A DNA stretch of 64,000 nucleotides. Source: an uncultured Ruficoccus sp. GTDB lineage: Bacteria; Verrucomicrobiota; Verrucomicrobiia; Opitutales; Cerasicoccaceae. Positions 57,084 to 64,000 of this stretch are shown in pieces (positions within the stretch are counted from its first letter, which is position 1; every line of letters starts with the position of its first letter). The notes below the pieces were generated by a model, which did no database searches, had not been told where the DNA came from, and saw nothing but the letters and a program-made list of their open reading frames with translations. Where the stretch lies: positions 241,857 to 305,856 of the forward strand of contig OZ223510.1 in NCBI GenBank assembly GCA_965140785.1, written 5' to 3'. The translations under genes were made by a program, and so were the position numbers.

Positions 57084-58100
57084 ATGGAATTTGGAGATCC
57101 CAAAAACAATAAAAATTAAAATTTTCTTCCCCCCTAAACACTTGAAAAAAAAGTATTTAAAAATTCACTAAAAATTTATAAGGGAATGAAAACATTAGTA
57201 CTTGATCTTGACGAAACTCTAGTTCACTCTTCTTTTGATTAACTAGAAAATTGATCCTTTACTATTGAGGTTCTTATTTTTTAAAATTTTAAATCTGTAT
57301 TAGATAGAAAATGATGATAAATTTGATACTATTTATGTTCTTCTAAGACCGAATGTCAAAGAATTTCTGGAATAATTATCAGAATTCTATGAACTTATTA
57401 TTTTTACATCTTCAAAATAAAATGTTATACTATTGTTTTGTTTTATTAAAATTAATAAGTATGCAGAATAAGTTATTGCTAAAATTGATCCAGAGAACCA
57501 ATTTATTTCCTATTCTCTTTACAGACAGCATTGCATACAAATTGAAGAGTATTATATAAAAGATTTAAGTAAAATTGGGAGAGATTTAGAAAATATTATT
57601 ATTATTGATGTATTTTGTTTATTAAAACAAAATTTTATTTAAAATTTCAGAATACTAAAGAATGCTTTTCTTTATAACCTGATAATGGCTATTTGATCCC
57701 AGGTTTTTTTACCAATTTAGAAGACAGTGAACTTATTTATTTGATTCAATTTTTAAGAGATCTTAGCGAAGTAATAATAATAATTTTATTAATTTGAATT
57801 TAAAAGCTTCTTGATGTAAGAAACGTATAATTTTGAAAAGAAAAATTTGATGAATTTGCTGAAGAGGATGACGTAATATAAATAGATGAAGAATTAGAAT
57901 AAAATTCTAAAGAATAAAAAGATTAAGAAAAATTGTCAATTAATGATTCTGCTTTATTAAAAAGTGATATTCAAGATGGTTTCATTTTTATTTTTTTAAT
58001 TTTATTTTAGCCAATTTCCTTGAAATAATAGAAAAATCGAAAACTTCTTAAAACTATTTATTAGAAAATTAAGGATAAGTACAATTTGCAAAATTTAACA
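57084..58100 (+). CDS. NIF/FCP1-like CTD small phosphatase (3' end approximate)
   Basis: LPPK..KTLVLDLDETLVHSS, LRPNVKEFL, IIFTSS, KDLSKIGRDLENIIIIDN. Confidence 0.85.
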
Positions 58101-59049
58101 CTTAGTAAGTTTAATTTTTATTCTATATTTTTAAAAATAGAAAAAGTAAAACTTGGCATAATTTTAACTATAATCGCCCATTTTTTTTGTTTATAAAAAG
58201 TGCTGCCAAATAGCAATTATAAACCAAAACAACTATTCATTGTTATTGAGCCCGAATATTTTTTTTTTTTGTTTACAAAGACTGTTTAAATTTAATAAAA
58301 TTTCAATTAAATTATTTATAAATATAAATTTAATATTTTTTTTTTTTTTTTTTTTTATTTAAAATGAGCGGAATGCTCAATTAATATAAAAAATTTAATA
58401 TTATTGCCTTTTCAATAGAAAGGATGACCTCTCATTAAACTCTCAGAAAAATTTTATGCCATATTTCTAAGATTTTAATTTTCAGCTAAAAATTACGCTT
58501 TTTAAGAATTATTATTTATTTATTCTTCATATTAGATCTACTCGGACATTAAAGGAAAATTATTATTCATTTAAATATTGGAAAAAAATGATGGCTAGGT
58601 TTAAACTTATGGTTCAATAATCCTTGGAGCTGGATATGTTTCCTTCATATGCACTGTTTAAGAAGGATATTCTACTGCCTTTGAAGGAATTTTAAATTTT
58701 GGTTAAATATCTTATTATCCTTTATTTATTAAATGCGATACAATGCCTAATTCAAGTTTCTAAGCTTCAAGTTCATCTTTTAATTATTAAGACATCATTG
58801 GTCCTTCTTGGATTTAATAGTTGGGAGTTGTAGAGACTTTTTAGGAAAGTAAAGACATTATTTTGTTATTTGCTTTGCGTAATTTTGATTTTAGGTTTTT
58901 ATTTTATTAAAGCAAATCACTTATCTAAGAAAATTTATTTTAAGAGATATTTAAATTACATTATAAGGATTTTGTGTTTTGGGATTGACTTAGGAAAAGT
59001 ATTCTTATTTCACTAATAATTATTATAAGGGAATATGTAAACTTACTAA

Positions 59050-60452
59050 TTTAATTGTTTTATATTTCTTCAAATTTTGCTTTGGTTTCTTATAAATTTT
59101 CTTTTATTGCTTCTTTTTCTTCTTTAGCTAATATTTTATCTTTTTCAAATTAATTAAGAATCTTGCGTGTTTCCGATAATTCTTTGGATATTTCAGCAAA
59201 TTTCTCATTTTCTTTTTACATTTTTAAATTTCTCATCTCATTTATTAAATTATTATTTTCTTCTGTTAATTCATCAATTTTATCTTAATATTAACCGCGT
59301 TAAATTTCAATATTTTCATAATTTTATTAATTTAAATAATCATTGTTATTTTAATTAAGAAATTACTTGAAAAAATTAAAATCAATATTTTTTACTTCTT
59401 TTTAAGATGATTCTTATTAATTCAAACGGTTTTTGAGTTAAATTATTTAATCTTTTTGCTGCTCATTAGTGTTTCTTAAATTATCTAAGTCCTCTTATAA
59501 TTAAAGTTTTTCGTCTCTTATTTTATTAAAATCTTCTGTGAATGAAAAAATTAGTTAATGTTTGTCTTATTTTAATTTATCCTATTAGAAGAGAATAAAT
59601 AAAAATATTTTTTGAAAAAAAACCAATTCATATTTTTGTTAATTAAGGGTTGCTTCCATTTTTAAATTTCTAAAAAATTACTTCAATTTAAAATAATTTA
59701 CTAATTTTTAAGTTGCTCTACTTCAAATTTTAATTCTTTTCTTTATTAATCAAATTTTCTTTCTTAATTTTTATCAATTAAACTTTCTATTTCCAATTCA
59801 AATTCTTTGATTTAATCCTAATACAAATAAAAACAAAAAAATAATGTACATTCTATTTATCCCTAAGCTCTTTGATATCTTGTTCTGCCTCATATTTTAG
59901 TGCTTCATATCTCGCCTCCAAAACTTACATAGTTCGTTTTAGATTAAAATTTTCTGATTTTAATTTTTCTATTTAAATTTCTTTTTCTTCTAATAAGTAA
60001 TTAAAATTGATCGAAAGCTCCTATTAACATTTCATTTTAATAATTTCTTTATTTATAGAAGGTAAAGCAGCAGATCGTTTTGATTCGAATTCTTCCTATT
60101 AAATTTTTCATTCTTTTTCTAATTGTTGATATTCTAAAAAACAAAAATAATGAATTAATTGTAAACTAATTTACAGTTAGTTAAATCTGCTTATTCTTAA
60201 TTTTTATCTTTTTGAAGGGATGAATATTCTTGTTATAACTACTATTTTTCTTAAAATAATTGATCATAACGCTTTTTTAAGTAATCATTACTTTGATTAA
60301 TAGATTCTTAATTTACTATATTTTTTATAGAAATGCTTATATGGAAAAATAAAATTACTTATTAATTATTAATTCATTATTTTCGCCTATCTAAGTTCTT
60401 ATTTTAATCTATCATTTTGCTCTAATAAATTTGCAGTGTTTGCGTCTAGCAT
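59050..60452 (-). CDS. Hypothetical coiled-coil protein (approximate)
   Basis: Gln/Glu/Lys-rich exons starting MLDANTANLLEQNDRLKQEL. Confidence 0.4.
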
Positions 60453-61423
60453 TTGAATTTAAATATTGGTTGAAAAACGTTAAAAGTTTTTTTTTATTAT
60501 AAATATTTAATTTATTGAAAAATTAAATAAAATTCTATCTTAAAAAAAGCCCAAATTTTAAAAAATTAATTTTTTTACACAATAAATGCAAAGCAAAAAT
60601 AAAGAACCAAACGCTGATTATTCATTTCACATAAAAGGTTTTAAAATAGGAGAAATAGTAAAAAAGGATAAAATAAATGAAATCTAAAAAATGATCTTGG
60701 ATTTCTTAAATATTAATTAATAATCCTAAAATTATGCTAAATTTGATCGATAGGAATCAATTTTTCGTGTTTAGCATTAACCTATTTTTGGTTACGGAAT
60801 AAAATTAATTTCATAAAAATTATCTCATCTTTAAATAGAAGAAGGAAATAATGAAAAATGGGTTGTGGAAGCACATGATTAAAATAATTGGTGAAATTTA
60901 AATTTTTAAAAAATAATTTATAATAATAATAATAGGTATTTAGAATATATTGGTGAAAAAGTTTCAAATACAGATAATATCTTAGCTTATAAAAGTAAAG
61001 ATATAATTTTCAATGAAAATCCATTTGAATTATTAAATTTTCTTGGTTATAAATTATTTGATCTAAACGATCGAACAAGAATGCAATATGAAGGAGAATT
61101 ATTTAAATAAAAAAATATCGAAGTATTACTGTATTCGGATCGGGAGACTAAAAGTGATTATATTTAAATTTCAATAATTGATGAAAAGGATGAAAATATT
61201 ATAACTTTATTTCGAGCAATTATTTAATTATTAGAATAGTTAAAACTTTTAATTTTAACAATAATAAAAGTTATTATTTTTAGGTATGTTGATTTTTCTA
61301 TTAGCATTGATGAAAGTACTTTCTAGCTTTCTGAAATTTAAAACTGATAAATTAAATTAATTATTAATTACAATATTTATAAATAATAGAGATTTTTATA
61401 GAAATTATACATATATAGAGTAA

Positions 61424-62475
61424 ATGGAAAAAATGTTTAAAATAGAAGCCAATCTTCTAATTTTTCCTGCACCATAATAAAGTTATACAGCCGATACATT
61501 AAATTCAATTATTTACGTCCCAAGTAAAAATTCATAAATCCCTTGCTTATATTGGCAGCATATGACTAGGAAATAAAAATTTACTAATATGATTTTAGTA
61601 TATTTTCATGGAAATGCTGAAGACATCGGCTCCTCCTAGGCCTTTTTAGAGCCAATGAAAGAATATTTTTAAGCAAATTCATAAATTTATTAATTTAATT
61701 TTACAAGGCAGTTTAATATTTTGGCAATGGAATATAAAGGATATGGAATCTATGAAGGCAAACCCTCACCTGAATAATTAATAGAAGATGCTGAAACTGT
61801 CTATAGATTTTTGCAAAATGTGCTTGAATATAAAGAAGAGGAAATCATTATATTTGGGAGATCTATAGGCACTGGAATTGCTACAGCATTAGCTGCTTAT
61901 AAAAAGTTTGGATAAATTTGATTTTTAGTTTTTAATGTAATTACTGTTTTTTTTTATTAGATGTGCTTCATTAATATTAATGTCACCATTTACAAGTATC
62001 CGAAATACTGCTAAGGATTTGGTAGGGGGAGTATTAGGGGGTGTTTTAATGGAGAGATTTGAAAATATTGTAGAAATATAAAAGGTTACTATAGTTATAT
62101 AATTATTTAAAAATATTATTATAAGGTAAACTGCTCGATTTTTTTAATTCATGGGAAATTAGATAAATTAGTTCCTTATTAACATTCTAAAGAATTATAT
62201 ATTGCATGTCTTGGTAAAATTTTATAATAATTAAAAGTATTTATTAAGAAAAAAAAAATTGTGAATTTCATTTTCCAATAACAATGAGTCACAATAGTTA
62301 TAATTAGTTAACTGATATAATATAACCGATGCATAAGTTTTTAAAGTCTAAAGGAATTTAATGCAAAACTATGATTAAACCAAAATATATTCCTCCTGAA
62401 TGTCTTATGTATTAACTAAAAGGGGAAAAGCCAAAACAAGGTCTTGGTTATAAGATCTATTCTTCATATCTATGA
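61424..62475 (+). CDS. ABHD17-like alpha/beta hydrolase
   Basis: IFPAP, YFHGNAEDIG, MEYKGYG, FGRSIGTG, LMSPFTS and IHGKLD motifs. Confidence 0.85.
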
Positions 62476-62604
62476 AAATATAATTAATATTATTCAATAT
62501 TAATATATAATACATTATTTTTTTGTAAATTCACATAAAAAATACAATCACAAAATTACGCGTGTATTTTTAAATTTTTGAATCATAAAGCTAGTTAATT
62601 AATA

Positions 62605-64000
62605 ATGCTAAGTATTTTCTAATCTTTCTTCTATTTGCTACTAACCTTCCTTGGCTTAGCTAGCCTAGCCCAGGGAGCAGTGCTAGGTATAGACTTTGGT
62701 TCAGAATTCATGAAAATCAGTATAATTACTCCTGGTAAACCCTTCAGCATTATTGAGGATACCACTTCCAAACGCAAAACATATTCAGCTGTAAAATTGT
62801 TTTTATTTTATTAAAATTGCTTTATTGTTTAGATTTCGTTTGTAAATGGACAAAGAATCTATGAATCTGATGCTTATAGCAAGTTCCCGAAAAACCTAAA
62901 AAATACATTTTCACATATGAAGAAGTTTTTAGGAGTTTTAGCTAATAATACGGATGTTTTGAATCTTGCTAATAAAAATTAATAGAATTATTAGTTTATT
63001 GAAGATCCAGTTCTCCCCTACTTTTTTTATAAAATAAATAAATTTAATAGATTGAAGGAACCATTTCGATTGCTTTATCTAATTAAGATATTAATAGTGA
63101 AGAAGAATAATTTCCTTTAGAAGATAATACACTTATTTTGAAAACTGAAGAAATTGTTGGAATGATACTCAGACATGCAAAAAAACTAGGAGAAAAACAA
63201 TATGGAACTAAAGTAAAAGAATGTGTTATTACTGCTCCTTCCGACTGGGATTTATTATAAAGAGAAATTATGGTGCGTGCAGCCAAATTAGCTGGGCTTT
63301 CACCATTAGGCTTAATTAATGAAAATTCTGGTGCAGCCTTATATTATGGGCTTAATAGATTAGATGAAGAATCTACCCATAGAGTAATCCTCTACAATTT
63401 AGGTGCTGAGCATTTACAAGTAAGTTTAGTAGAGTTTAGTGCTGTTTACAATAGTGAAGTGCCAACACCAACAAAGATGGTTGAAACTGTTAAAGTACTA
63501 GCAGATGATTGTGATTAAAGTAAAGCAATTAAATAATTATTTTTAATTAGGAGTATCTGGAAAAATGATTGATTAATTACTCTGTGAGCATTTAGTTTAT
63601 TTATTTGATAATAAAAAGGAAAGGAAAAACAAGCCATCAATAAAAGAATCCAAGTCTGCGATGATGAAATTATTGCAATACTCAACAAAACTCAAAGAAG
63701 TAATCTCTCCCATTAATCAATAATAATATAATAATGAAAGGCGCTCAGCGCTTACAAGGAAGCAAAAATCTTTATAGAAAATCTCTATGAAGGTGATGAT
63801 TTCACATCTTTTATTGAAAGGACTATCCTAGAAGATTTGCTTGAACAACATAAAGATGAATTCCTTTAGCCTATCGAAATGTATTAGAAAAGGCAGGAAA
63901 AACACTTGATGATGTTTAAAGTTTATAGATTATTGGTGGGGCTGTGAGAGTTCCAAAAGTATAGATGATTTTAGATGAATTTCTTAACCAATCTAAAGGT
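62605..64000 (+). CDS. ER Hsp70-family chaperone (HYOU1/Grp170-like), runs off the window
   Basis: Signal peptide, VLGIDFGSEFMKIS, TSKRKT, LINENSGAALYYG, YNLGA and IIGGAVRVPKVQ. Confidence 0.85.

Noticed and set aside
61673..61711. Possible GC-AG intron in the ABHD17-like gene
   Set aside because: The 39-nt segment is in frame and stop-free under this code, so splicing cannot be shown without RNA data
34199..63518. Short ORFs listed in the AT-rich half
   Set aside because: Computed with the bacterial code and no splicing; most are spurious or exon fragments
63870..63885. Programmed frameshift in the Hsp70-like gene (gaa at gta)
   Set aside because: One missing A in a short A-run restores E-N-V-L-E-K; most simply a sequencing indel, and it lacks the Euplotes AAA-TAR signal
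34157..64000. Horizontal transfer of eukaryotic DNA into the dif array, or of bacterial DNA into a ciliate
   Set aside because: The junction cuts a gene mid-exon, has no att core, and each side keeps fully native composition; an assembly or concatenation artefact is far more likely

Overview
The window joins two unrelated genomes at about 34150-34157. Bases 1-~34155 are a GC-rich bacterial chromosome segment (a Verrucomicrobiota/Opitutales-like host is my inference, not tested). It carries housekeeping and transport genes (class I and II aldolases, gpmA, a P1B ATPase, SulP, modABC, dGTPase), an OleA/OleB + FabZ/FabI + desaturase lipid cluster and malQ, followed by a dif-like XerC/D site (23408-23435). 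An integrase-less filamentous prophage (inovirus-like, ~9.5 kb) is inserted at this site. It carries an AT-rich retron operon: a HEPN-like protein, a winged-helix-like protein, a well-formed msr-msd ncRNA and a retron RT. Behind the prophage are ~0.6 kb single-gene cassettes, each ending in a conserved repeat made of a sigma70 promoter, a hairpin and a half dif site, which looks like an integron-like array built at dif. Bases ~34157-64000 are very AT-rich ciliate-type nuclear DNA with short introns. TAA/TAG read as Gln, and TGA appears both as the terminal stop and in-frame, including at an invariant Trp of an HSF domain. Coordinates for the eukaryotic genes span introns and were read by eye.
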